From the NCBI GenBank assembly GCA_023920165.1, contig CP089281.1, forward strand, positions 1-64,000: a DNA stretch of 64,000 nt, read 5' to 3'. Position numbers and translations under genes: made by a program. Below are positions 1 through 10,569 of the stretch, one piece after another (positions within the stretch are counted from its first letter, which is position 1; each line of letters begins with the position of its first letter). Below the pieces are notes generated by a model that worked only from the letters and a program-made list of their open reading frames with translations, had not been told where the DNA came from and searched no databases. This DNA is from Curvularia clavata. Its lineage: Eukaryota.

Positions 1-54
1 AGTTACGTATTGCTAAGGTTAAAGAACGACTTCCATACTCGTGTGACAGCACCT
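1..54 (+). other. Oxford Nanopore adapter end plus native barcode and flanks (sequencing artefact)
   Basis: AGTTACGTATTGCT (1-14) matches the 3' end of the ONT ligation adapter. AAGGTTAA (15-22) and CAGCACCT (47-54) are the native-barcode flanks around the 24-mer AGAACGACTTCCATACTCGTGTGA, recalled as barcode 13. Confidence 0.93.
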
Positions 55-175
55 AACCCTAACCCTAACCCTAACCCTAACCCTAACCCTAACCCTAACC
101 CTAACCCTAACCCTAACCCTAACCCTAACCCTAACCCTAACCCTAACCCTAACCCTAACCCTAACCCTAACCCTA
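55..175 (+). repeat. Telomeric repeat (CCCTAA/TTAGGG)n, 20 copies
   Basis: Perfect AACCCT tandem array at the contig start, C-rich on the + strand as expected for a left chromosome end. Confidence 0.98.
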
Positions 176-3100
176 TAATATTATTTTAGGACTTCTATAG
201 CTATGAGAACACAACCCGCGGATCAACTGGAAGTTAAAAGTGTTTAAATTCGAGTGCTGCGGACTAGGCGCAACCACAAGCTAGCCTACGTATCGGTAGA
301 GTTCGATAGTAGATAAGAGTAATATTGCCAAATAGTGTAATAATATAGAGAAACGAGCGTACTTGAAAGGTAGTTCCCAGAGCAGAAAGCCAAACTTAGT
401 AGGTACTGAAACCAGGCTAACAGACCACAAAGCTAGAGAAAAGGAGAAGAGCGCAACTCCGGAAATCCCTAAATAATACAGAGACCTAGAACATTTATTT
501 TAGGAAGTGGTAGACGAGCACGCGTTACTAAAGTATCAACTCTAGGACCACAGGATTGTGATCTAGGAAGGAAAGGAACCACTTTTCAGCCCAATATATC
601 AACTAATGGAACAAGAACTCGAAATGCTACGAGAGTACTTAGATAAAGCCTAAAAGAAGGGGTATATATAAAAATTAGAATTACTAGCTGGAGCACTAAT
701 TATATTCGTACTAAAGAAAGACGGATTAGATTAACTATACGTCGACTACTGAGGGCTTAACAATATTACTATTAAGAACCGATACCCGCTACCAAACATC
801 ACAGAATTAAGGGATTGACTGACACGAGTAAAGATCTTTACAGTACTAGATCTACAAGACGGCTACTACTTTATTAGAATTGTAGAAGGCGAAGAATAGA
901 AAACGGCTTTTAGGATACGATACGGGCATTTCGAATATACGGTTATGCCGTTTGGACTTACGAACGCCCTAGCTATATTCTAAGAACTTATTAATAACGT
1001 ATTTAGGCCCTACCTAGATATATTCGTTGTCGCATACTTAGACGACATCTTAGTCTACTCTGAGAATGAGAAACAATATACTAAATACGTCTATAAGGTG
1101 CTGACCGCCCTAGACGAGTACAGCCTTAGACTTAAACTTTAGAAGTGTAAATTCTATAAGACTTAGGTTGACTTCTTAGGCTACACTATAGGTAAATAAG
1201 GGGTATAGATAAGTAAAGAAAAGATTAAAGTTATTATAGAATAGCTATTACTGGATATGCTTAAGGAAGTACAATTCTTTCTAGGATTTATAAACTTTAA
1301 TAGAGTATTTATTAAAGACTTCTCTAAAATCGTAGCTCTACTTATATAGTTATTGAAGAAATAAGTAGCAGACTACTTTAATATGGGACCCGAAGGAGAA
1401 ATCGTATTCGAAACACTTAAGAAAGTATATATAAAAGCACTATGTCTTAGAATATTCGAACCAAACAAACTACTATAAATTGAGACTGATGTATTAGACC
1501 TAGCTTTAAGAGGATGCGCATGCTAACTACACGAAGATAAATGGCATCTAATTATATACTATTTAAGAAAATTTTCAGGATCTGAAGAACGATACGACAT
1601 ATATGACAAAGAACTACTAGCTATAGTAGCCTGTATACAATACTGGAGAGTCGATGTATATAGCTGCTTAGAACTCACTATATACACGGATTATAAGAAC
1701 TTGACCTACTTTACCACCACTAAGGTTCTTAACCGTTGACAAACCTGATGGGCTGAATTGCTCGGGCAATATAAGTTTAAAATTGTATATATACTAGGAA
1801 AAGATAATGGTAGAGCAGACGCTCTTAGTAGAAGACTAGATATCGTAGGAACTAAAACTATTGTAGACTGACCGATACTCTAGATAAATAAAGATAGAAT
1901 ATTGAGCCTAGTATACGAGCTTAACCTACTTATAATAATTAGAAACGATATATCTGAAGACTAGTAGGAAGTAATTATTTAGTAATACTACGACGACCCC
2001 GTACACGGACACCCCGGGATCGCCAGAATAATAGAACTGATTTGAAGGAACTTTGAATTTAGCAAAATGAAAGAAAAGGTTGCAGCTTTTATTGCTAAAT
2101 GCGAACACTGTTAGAAGAATAAGTATGGCACACATGCACTATATGGAGAAATGTAAGCACTAGAACTACCAAGCACCTCTTGGACAGACATCTCCATGGA
2201 CTTCGTTATAGGACTACCACCATCAACCGACCCTGTCACTAGTGTAATCTATAACGCGATACTAGTTATTATTGACAGATTCACGAAATACGTAGAATTT
2301 AGGAAATTTAAGAAAGACTATAATGCAGTTAAACTGGCGCATGTCTTTCTGGACGTTATTATTAGACGATACGGAATACTAAGGTCAATTATTAGCGATA
2401 GAGACAAGCTCTTTATATTAAATTTCTGGACCACACTCGTGGCAGAAATAGGCACTAAGCGGAAACTATCTATAGTATACTACCCCGAAACCGATGGATA
2501 AACGGAAAGAACAAACTGTATAATGAAAATATACCTACGAATATACGCTAACTATTAGTAAAATAATTAGGTATAATTACTATCTATAGTATAACTAGTA
2601 TATAACAATAAATTATTAGACTTAACGAAATAAATACTATTTTACGCAAACTACGGAAGACACCCGAATCTCTTTACTAGAACGCTACCAAGTTTGAAAA
2701 TAGAAGTAGCTATCGCCACGGCTAAAGAAATGAAGAAAATATACGAAGAACTACGAAAATTACTTGAAAAGGCTTAACGTTAAAGCATCTTATATGTTAA
2801 CTAAAAAAGAAAAATGGTATTTTAGCTAAAGAAGGGGGATAAAGTATATCTGCTTACGAAGAACCTTCGCACGATATAACTAAGTAAGGGATTGGATAAC
2901 ATCTATGTCGGGCCATTTTTGATTAAAGCCTAGAATGGACTAGTTACCTATACACTCGATCTACTACTAGATGTAAAAATATACCTAAGGTTTTATGTCA
3001 AGTTATTGAAACTAGTAGACCCCGAAACGCTATTATAAAAAACATTCCATTTCGAACTAGAAGAAGAAGACGAATTCGAAGTTGAGAAAATCCTAGCACA

Positions 3101-3210
3101 CCGAACCACGCGCAATAAAACCAAGTATCTAGTTAAATAGTTAGAATACGATAATAGTAAAAATATATAGGAACTAGAGGACAATTTTAGCAATTGTTAA
3201 AAGACATTAC

Positions 3211-3419
3211 TGTCAGGACCTGGTCCAAATTGGGACATGTTGGTCCAATTCCCTCCTTCTTCACGCTAGTTAGTCAGCTAGGGCTTACCTAAGGCTATAA
3301 AGCCTCCACGATCGCTAGAGGTGCTCGATAGCGATTCGTCTCGTGAATACATGGCTGTTAAAGCATAGTTCTCTCTCATCTATCTCGTGCTGTACCTTCA
3401 CGCCACTAACAGTCTAACA
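3211..3419 (+). repeat. 5' LTR of inner element
   Basis: TGTCAGG...TCTAACA, identical to 10333-10541; TATAAA at 3296. Confidence 0.97.
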
Positions 3420-3451
3420 TTCGAATCGCTCTCCTCAAGTACACCTACGAG

Positions 3452-4684
3452 ATGTCAGAGAGAGCCATGCCGAACCCAGGTAGTCGCCAAACTCGGAGCC
3501 GCCCAAGGTCAACTCGAAACACGGTAGTAGGGGACTCACAGCCCACTCTAACTAGAGACTCAACCCAGCCATCTTCAAGTGAACTATCCGAGCCTGCCGT
3601 CACGGAGGCAGATCAGGCCGAACTGGCACAGAGAAGCCCAATTCAGGGCAGCCCAGCTCGACTTGAACCACCTCAGACCACCATTGCTCAACAGCTAGAC
3701 GAACTGCGCGCTTGGAGGCAACGAGCGCTTGACGAGCAAGAACTGAAACGTCTCCAGGAAATCAAGCGTCGGTTCGACCAAGGTGACACGACAGCACTGA
3801 CAGAGGACCTATATGAACCACACCGTGCGGTGGGGATACAACTAGAACCAAACGTGGGAGCTCCACGACCAGAAAAACCAACACAGTTCACAAGCCGCGA
3901 TCGTGCCGAGTACAATCGCTGGGAACGCGAATGTGAGGCAACGTTTAGGGGAAGCCCTAAAACGTTCCAAACAGAGGCAGTCAAGATCGATTTTGGGCTT
4001 AGGTATATCACTGACCCCCTACGCTCCACATGGGACGCCTATCATCACGACTACTGTAGAAAAGACACGAATTGGACACCCACGTGGCTAGACCTGAAGA
4101 CTGTAATGGTGGATTCACTGGGACCACCAGAACAGCGGAAGCTTGAAGCCCACCGAGCTCTCAAACACATCAGACAGGACTGGTCTCAGGACCCAAACGA
4201 CCTGTTGGCCAAATTGGACACACTTTGGTCCGAATTGGGCAATGCCTACTCGGAAGAGCAGAGAGTGAGGGACTTTATGGGCGCTTTGACAATGACAATA
4301 CAGAAAGAGTTGCTTTTACTCGAACCAGGTCAAAGAAGCACAATCTCAGACCTAAACGCGCGAGCGCGACTTATCTGGGACAGAACGAAAAGAGAGAAGC
4401 CTAGCAACGCTAGAACAACGCAGAACAAGCAAGCCAGGAGCGGCACACCACCAAAGAACACAAGAGGGTACGAAAAAACCCTGAAAAAACAAAGACGGAA
4501 CCCTGCGGATACAAAAGGTTCATACGCGGCAAACAAGGTTCGAGGACGCGACGCAGAGGGCAAAATTGTCTGTTACAACTGCGGGGAACCCGGACACATC
4601 AGCAGGAACTGTAGTAAGCACAAACAAAGCCAAGCGGCACCTGAGGAACCCAAACTGGAAAAAGGCAAGGGGCGGAGAACCTAG
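3452..4684 (+). CDS. gag: Gag protein (410 aa) with CCHC zinc knuckle
   Basis: CYNCGEPGHISRNC knuckle; ORF directly after the 5' LTR. Confidence 0.93.
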   Translation: MSERAMPNPGSRQTRSRPRSTRNTVVGDSQPTLTRDSTQPSSSELSEPAVTEADQAELAQRSPIQGSPARLEPPQTTIAQQLDELRAWRQRALDEQELKRLQEIKRRFDQGDTTALTEDLYEPHRAVGIQLEPNVGAPRPEKPTQFTSRDRAEYNRWERECEATFRGSPKTFQTEAVKIDFGLRYITDPLRSTWDAYHHDYCRKDTNWTPTWLDLKTVMVDSLGPPEQRKLEAHRALKHIRQDWSQDPNDLLAKLDTLWSELGNAYSEEQRVRDFMGALTMTIQKELLLLEPGQRSTISDLNARARLIWDRTKREKPSNARTTQNKQARSGTPPKNTRGYEKTLKKQRRNPADTKGSYAANKVRGRDAEGKIVCYNCGEPGHISRNCSKHKQSQAAPEEPKLEKGKGRRT

Positions 4685-4702
4685 TAGCCCTACTCTCCGC
4701 CC
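4657..4702 (+). promoter_or_regulatory. Putative -1 ribosomal frameshift signal
   Basis: G GAA AAA heptamer in the gag frame (4657-4663), 6-nt spacer, then stem GGGCGGAGA (4670-4678) / TCTCCGCCC (4694-4702). The pol frame is -1 and open from 4645. Confidence 0.75.
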
Positions 4703-4731
4703 ATATTGCAAGGCTAGAGCTAGAAGAGGAC

Positions 4732-7700
4732 TTGAAGACACTTCGCGAAGCAATGTTCAGCAAACCTAGCCCTCTATTGACCATAACGGTGCAAATTGGC
4801 CAAGATCCACTCGAAGCGCTGATAGATGGAGGGTCTCAACTAAATCTACTCTCAATCCACCAAGCCAAGGATCACGATTTAACAATAACTCCTATACCGA
4901 ACTTAGTGGCAGAAGCCTTAAGCGGCGCGGAGTTTGAGATTTATGGCACTACAGAGGTGACCATGAAAGTCACAGACACAAGAGGGAGGACTAAAGTCCA
5001 GAATATACCTTTTGTGGTGACAGAAATGAAGCATTACCCAGTATGCTTAGGTATGCCCTGGGTCGACTTCTACAAGCCCAAAATAAGCCTCCGGTCGCGT
5101 CGAGTGCTATTTAGGGGCGTGAAATATGTAGATAGGGCTTCATATGAGAAAATCGCGACAGAAAGCGCCGAAGAGTTTGAGAAAACACTCCGAACGCCCA
5201 CGACGGACGTTTACGCGCTCAAAGTGTCCACTGTGATGGGTTGGGACCCAAGCGACGAGGAAGAGGACTGGGAGGGGTTGGAGAAGCCCAAGAACGCCCA
5301 GGTTGGCCCTGATCAAGCCAAGTTGCCTCAGTTGCCACCACAGTACGAGGACTTTGCGGATTTGGCCTCGGAAGAGGATGCCAAGTGCCTTGCTGAGCAT
5401 GGCCCGCACGATTTGGTGATAACCTTGAAAGAAGGCACCACGCCACCACATCAGCCGCTATATGGGCTCTCGAAGAGCGAGTTAGCGCTACTCCGGGATT
5501 ACTTGCGTGAGTATCTCGCGAGAGGGTGGATTAGACATTCGAAGTCGCCAGCAGGCGCACCAATACTCTTCGCGAAGAAGAAAGACGGCACGATGAGGTT
5601 ATGTGTGGACTATAGAGGTCTAAACAACATAACGCTCAAAAACCGTCACCCTTTACCCTTGATTACGGAGTCCTTGGATAGATTGGCTGAGGCAAAATTC
5701 TATACCAAGCTAGACGTCCGAGAAGCATATCATAGGGTGAGGATTAAGGAGGGAGACGAGTGGAAGACAGCCTTCCGCACCAGATACGGCCATTTCGAGT
5801 ATACTGTGATGCCTTTTGGCCTTACAAACGCTCCTGCACAATTTCAGGCGTACATACACCATATCCTTGCAGGATTGGTAGATGTGAGTTGTATTGTGTA
5901 TTTGGACGATATCCTGGTGTTCTCCAACACAGAAGAGGAGCACGAGAGACACGTGCGCGAAGTCTTAAACAGATTGCGCGAAGCCAAGCTGTATTTGAAG
6001 ACTTCGAAGTGTGAATGGCACACCCAACACACTGAGTTCCTTGGCTACACAGTTAGCCCCGAGGGTATAAGTATCGACCCAGATCGGGCCAAAACGGCCC
6101 AAGAATGGCCAGAACCGCGTACAGTGCGCGATGTCCGCGTGTTTCTAGGCTTCATGAACTACTATCGTCGATTCATTGCTAACTTCTCCAGAATCGCACT
6201 GCCTTTAACTGAGTTACTGAAAAAGGAGCCGAACGCCGCCAAAGGGGGCAAAGCTCAGCGAAAAGAGGAAAGCGTACTGCTAATTCTAGACGAAAACGCC
6301 AAGAGCGCGTTTAAGACGCTAAAAAACTCCTTTACGGCAGTACCTATCCTAACCCACTTTAATCCAGACAATCAGACTAGAGTACAGGTCGATGCGTCGG
6401 GAGGAGCGATTGCTGGCATCCTAAGCCAGTACGTGCCCAAAGAGGCTTGCTGGAGACCCGTAGACTTCTACTCGCGCAAATTAATCGCCGCGGAGTACAA
6501 CTATGACACGCATGACCAAGAGCTACTAGCTATCGTCGCTAGTCTCCAACACTGGCGAAGATATCTTGATGGGATACACTTTGATCTAATTACTGACCAT
6601 CGAAACCTGAAGTGGTTCATGGAAACCAAAACACTGAATCACCGCCAGGTACGGTCTTACTTAGCCCTATCAGGTTTTGATTTCACAATTGTACACCAAC
6701 CTGGGAAAACAAACCCCGCCGACGGCCCATCGCGCAGACCCGACTACATAAAAGCCGCCCAAGAGCCAAAGCAGAAGAATAATAGCGCATATGTGCCATC
6801 GCTACGCCATCTGCTCAAATTCAATGCCGAAGGGACTGCTATAGCTGCAGCTACCACCACACGATCACAAGGACGGCAGAATACAGCAGCGAAGCAACAT
6901 GAAGACCAGAGGCATGCAGCATTGGCTCAAGAGGCCGACTCAGAGACGGACGAATACACTTCGGACTCATGTAGCTCAGAAGAAGACGACGTGGCCAAAC
7001 CAAGTCCACAAAGGCTCAAACAGGGCCACTCTGGCCCAACCGTGCCCAAGACGGCACAGGAAAAAGCAGCAGCATTAAAACAAGGTCACGACGACCCGCT
7101 TTCTGGACATTTCGGCGCAAGACGCACATTAGAGAAACTAACGCGCCACTACAAGTGGGCTGGCATGAGGAAAGACGTGGAAGACTACTGCAAATCATGC
7201 CTTATCTGTCAAAAATCTACCCCGAAACGGCACCTGCCATACGGGCCCCTTGCACCATTACCACCACCCAATAGAGCCTGGGAGGAAGTAACAATGGACT
7301 TTATAACTGAATTGCCACCAAGCAAACTGCAAGGCGTAGTATACGACGCAATCCTCGTGATAGTCGACAGACTGACCAAAATGGCCCATTACGTGCCAGC
7401 ACGGTCCAATTGGGACGGAGTAGACCTAGCTCAGGCATGGTTGCGCGAAGTAATCCGTCTCCATGGCGTACCACGCCGAATCATATCAGATAGAGGCCCT
7501 TTAATGAACTCCACCCATTGGAAGACCTTTCTTCACTACCTTAACTCGAAACGTGTACTTACTTCGGCATACCACCCACAAACAGATGGCCAGACTGAAC
7601 GCCAAAATCAGACTCTAGAACAGTACCTCCGCTGCTACTGTTCCCTAGAGCAGGACGACTGGGCATTATGGATCTCAGTAGGGGAATACGCGTACAATGA

Positions 7701-8385
7701 CAGTGTACATTCGACTACCAAGGTCACCCCCTTCCAAGCATGCAACGGCATACACCCAAGAGGCGCAGAATGGCCCAAAGACGCCCAAACTGGGGGCGAA
7801 AACCCCCTAGCGGCAAGTACTGCCTCAAGAATAATCGAAATACAACAAGAGTGCAAGAACAATATTCTAAAAGCGCAAGAGTACCAAAAACGGCACGCAG
7901 ATAAGAAAAGACAACCCATTCCTTTTAAGGTAGGGGATAAAGTACTGCTATCTAATAAGCATATTAAATCCCTGCGACCAAAGAAGAAGATCGACTGGAA
8001 ATACGTTGGCCCAGGCACAATAACTGAGCAAATCGGCCCATCAGCATTTAAAGTAGATATGCCTGGCCTAAAAAACGTACACCCAGTGTTCCATGCATCC
8101 TTACTAGAGCAGTATCACCCCCCAGGTGATATACCACATCCTGAAGTCCCAACACAACACGAACTAGGCGAGACAGGCGACGATGTCTACCTCGTGGACA
8201 AAATAGTGGGACATAGGAAGAACAAGGACGATCAGTGGGAATACTTAGTGAAATGGACTGGATACCCCGACTCTGAAAACACATGGGAGCCAGCCGCCAA
8301 TGTTACCCAGAAAACGCTTCAAGAGTTCTGGAACAAATCAAATCAGGTCCCTCGACGCAGACGCGGGCCAAAACGGGCCAAATAG
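4732..8385 (+). CDS. pol: Pol polyprotein (protease, RT, RNase H, integrase, chromodomain); frame open from 4645
   Basis: ALIDGGS protease, YLDD RT, VDASG RNase H, H-H-C-C zinc finger, SDRG/TAYHPQTDGQTE integrase, YLVKWTGY..NTWEP chromodomain. Confidence 0.97.
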   Translation: MKTLREAMFSKPSPLLTITVQIGQDPLEALIDGGSQLNLLSIHQAKDHDLTITPIPNLVAEALSGAEFEIYGTTEVTMKVTDTRGRTKVQNIPFVVTEMKHYPVCLGMPWVDFYKPKISLRSRRVLFRGVKYVDRASYEKIATESAEEFEKTLRTPTTDVYALKVSTVMGWDPSDEEEDWEGLEKPKNAQVGPDQAKLPQLPPQYEDFADLASEEDAKCLAEHGPHDLVITLKEGTTPPHQPLYGLSKSELALLRDYLREYLARGWIRHSKSPAGAPILFAKKKDGTMRLCVDYRGLNNITLKNRHPLPLITESLDRLAEAKFYTKLDVREAYHRVRIKEGDEWKTAFRTRYGHFEYTVMPFGLTNAPAQFQAYIHHILAGLVDVSCIVYLDDILVFSNTEEEHERHVREVLNRLREAKLYLKTSKCEWHTQHTEFLGYTVSPEGISIDPDRAKTAQEWPEPRTVRDVRVFLGFMNYYRRFIANFSRIALPLTELLKKEPNAAKGGKAQRKEESVLLILDENAKSAFKTLKNSFTAVPILTHFNPDNQTRVQVDASGGAIAGILSQYVPKEACWRPVDFYSRKLIAAEYNYDTHDQELLAIVASLQHWRRYLDGIHFDLITDHRNLKWFMETKTLNHRQVRSYLALSGFDFTIVHQPGKTNPADGPSRRPDYIKAAQEPKQKNNSAYVPSLRHLLKFNAEGTAIAAATTTRSQGRQNTAAKQHEDQRHAALAQEADSETDEYTSDSCSSEEDDVAKPSPQRLKQGHSGPTVPKTAQEKAAALKQGHDDPLSGHFGARRTLEKLTRHYKWAGMRKDVEDYCKSCLICQKSTPKRHLPYGPLAPLPPPNRAWEEVTMDFITELPPSKLQGVVYDAILVIVDRLTKMAHYVPARSNWDGVDLAQAWLREVIRLHGVPRRIISDRGPLMNSTHWKTFLHYLNSKRVLTSAYHPQTDGQTERQNQTLEQYLRCYCSLEQDDWALWISVGEYAYNDSVHSTTKVTPFQACNGIHPRGAEWPKDAQTGGENPLAASTASRIIEIQQECKNNILKAQEYQKRHADKKRQPIPFKVGDKVLLSNKHIKSLRPKKKIDWKYVGPGTITEQIGPSAFKVDMPGLKNVHPVFHASLLEQYHPPGDIPHPEVPTQHELGETGDDVYLVDKIVGHRKNKDDQWEYLVKWTGYPDSENTWEPAANVTQKTLQEFWNKSNQVPRRRRGPKRAK

Positions 8386-8673
8386 GGCCAATAGGAGCCA
8401 AATTAGCACATGTACCTTCACCTACTTTTTTCCCCAAAGGGTTTTATAGGTGTTTAACGGCATAAGCTGATTAGGGCAACCTGGCCCAAATTGGTCCATG
8501 TTGAACTGACATTGCACAACAAAAACCAAGGAATGGAAAAGTAAAGAAAAGAGAATTTCAATTATCACCTCCATCCTAATGCCCTGGGTATCTCATATGA
8601 AAGGGAAGAAAACCACCATAGCCCATACTGACCCAATTTGGGCCAAAACGGACAAAACTAGACCCAACCACCC

Positions 8674-9739
8674 TTAATCACCGGCAACTGCGGCCTCGTA
8701 CTCCTTGTTAAGCCTTGCCTTGGCTTTTTCCAAGTTCTTGATGTCATTGGTGATCTTCCTCTTGGCTTGACCCTTGGCCCCCTCCTTCTCAGACATTTTT
8801 TGCAAAATCTCTTCATCAATGTCATTGATGCGCTTCTGAAGCTCATCAGTGACATCCTCGGCAACCTTGACCTAAAGAACCAAGTTAGTCCAAATTGGGG
8901 CAATTTGGCGTAAATAGGGGGGAAAAGGATCACAAACCTCCTTCTTGCGCCCACCAGAGCCATACTTGGACTTCTTGACCCTTGCCTCGACCAAAGTTTC
9001 CACCTCGATCTCATGAGCCTTCCTCTTGACCTCTTCATCCTTCTTGGAGCGGCCAAGGGCAGAAGTCTTCACACCAGAGCGGGGATCATCTTCCTCCTCG
9101 ATGGCACCAGAGGAAAGAGACAGATGAGTAGCATGAGGCTCAAACCTACACAAATTAGTCCAATTTGGGCCAGATTTAGGAAAATTGGATCACTTACTTC
9201 TTGAGTGACTCAACAATAGGCTTGCTGAACATACTAAGCCTAGTAACGGCCACCTCGTACATTTCCCTGCGCTCAGCACGAACTTCAGCCTCATTGGCAC
9301 CCTCGGGGATATCTTTGTCAATGGCATGGAAGGCATCCTCAACCTTCCCAATGAGCTGGCCAAGTCTCACCCAGTCGGGGGAGAACTTGTCGGGAGGAGG
9401 CACCTAACCACTCATTTAGCTCCAAATTGGACCAAATCAGAGCAAAACAGGGCAACTTACCGCAAAACAGACACGGTTGATGTAAGAGCAGCGAAGACAC
9501 TTCATCACCTGCCTAGGCATACCGCCAGACTCCGGTTCAACCTTGTAGCCAGACCAAGCCTCAGCTACCTCAGGATTGTCGATGTCCAACATAACGCAAC
9601 CCGCTCTGCCAAAAGTAACGGGCTCATTATCCCTGAAGGCGTTCAGACAGCACACACAAGCGTAGTAAGACCTCTGGCCCTTGCGTACGAACAGGTTTGA
9701 CACCGTACTGCGGTTGACGGATCCAAGTGCGTTCGTCAT
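8674..9739 (-). CDS. Antisense four-exon gene inside the retrotransposon (about 296 aa; Cys-rich N-terminus, charged coiled-coil-like C-terminus)
   Basis: Exons 9739-9461, 9403-9198, 9145-8938 and 8871-8674 splice in frame across GT..AG introns of 57, 52 and 66 nt with branch sites GCTAAAT, ACTAAT and GACTAAC. Confidence 0.8.
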
Positions 9740-10332
9740 GGTTCAAGTGGGTCTTGAAGGCCCCAATTTGGGGGTGTTTGGGACGAATCGGTCGAATCTG
9801 TCGCGAAATGGATCGTATGGGAGGGAACAGCCTAAAAAGAAAAGTCAGCAGAAAACTCCAAGTCCAGGGGAAGAACCTCAGAAAAAGGCAACAAAACCAA
9901 GGTCGACTGCAAACTGGCCCAAATTGGGCCAAACTGTTGCAAACAGACCGTGGGTGGAAGGTGTCGGGCCCAAACTGAGAAGACCCACAAAATGGGAGTC
10001 TACTTACCAAAGTGGGGTTGGTGGACTGTGGGGTGTACTGGGCTTAGTCAAAAACTGGCTATTGTATCCCTGGATCCGCACTAAATTAGCGCGTCACGTG
10101 ACTCTTGGCGCTGCCCAGGAGTACCCTGATGGGCCGGGTTGGCCCAAAGTGGGGCAGTCGGCTAGGCAGCAGCGCAAAACTCCGCTATTATGACGTCATA
10201 GCCCTGGGGCGGTGAGCAAGTAAAATACACCCTCCAACCCACACGGCGGCATCACCCAGTAATCGCTCAAACTGGGCGGCAAGCATGATAAGTTGCGCAG
10301 CTGGGACAGCTGCACCCTAAGAAGGGAGGTAT

Positions 10333-10541
10333 TGTCAGGACCTGGTCCAAATTGGGACATGTTGGTCCAATTCCCTCCTTCTTCACGCTAGTTAGTCAGC
10401 TAGGGCTTACCTAAGGCTATAAAGCCTCCACGATCGCTAGAGGTGCTCGATAGCGATTCGTCTCGTGAATACATGGCTGTTAAAGCATAGTTCTCTCTCA
10501 TCTATCTCGTGCTGTACCTTCACGCCACTAACAGTCTAACA
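10333..10541 (+). repeat. 3' LTR of inner element
   Basis: Identical to 3211-3419. Confidence 0.97.
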
Positions 10542-10569
10542 ATTACAAAACTATAAAAAGAACTTACTA

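Larger units (their letters stand above)
3211..10541 (+). mobile_element. Intact Ty3/gypsy chromovirus LTR retrotransposon (inner element)
   Basis: Identical 209-bp LTRs (TG...CA), TSD ATTAC at 3206-3210 and 10542-10546, polypurine tract AAGAAGGGAGG before the 3' LTR, open gag and pol. Confidence 0.98.

Noticed and set aside
55..175. Interstitial telomeric repeat
   Set aside because: The 54 bases in front are sequencing adapter and barcode, so the array is terminal.
9681..10193. Plus-strand 170-aa ORF as a possible env-like third ORF
   Set aside because: No signal peptide or transmembrane pattern; it overlaps the start and promoter region of the better-supported antisense gene.
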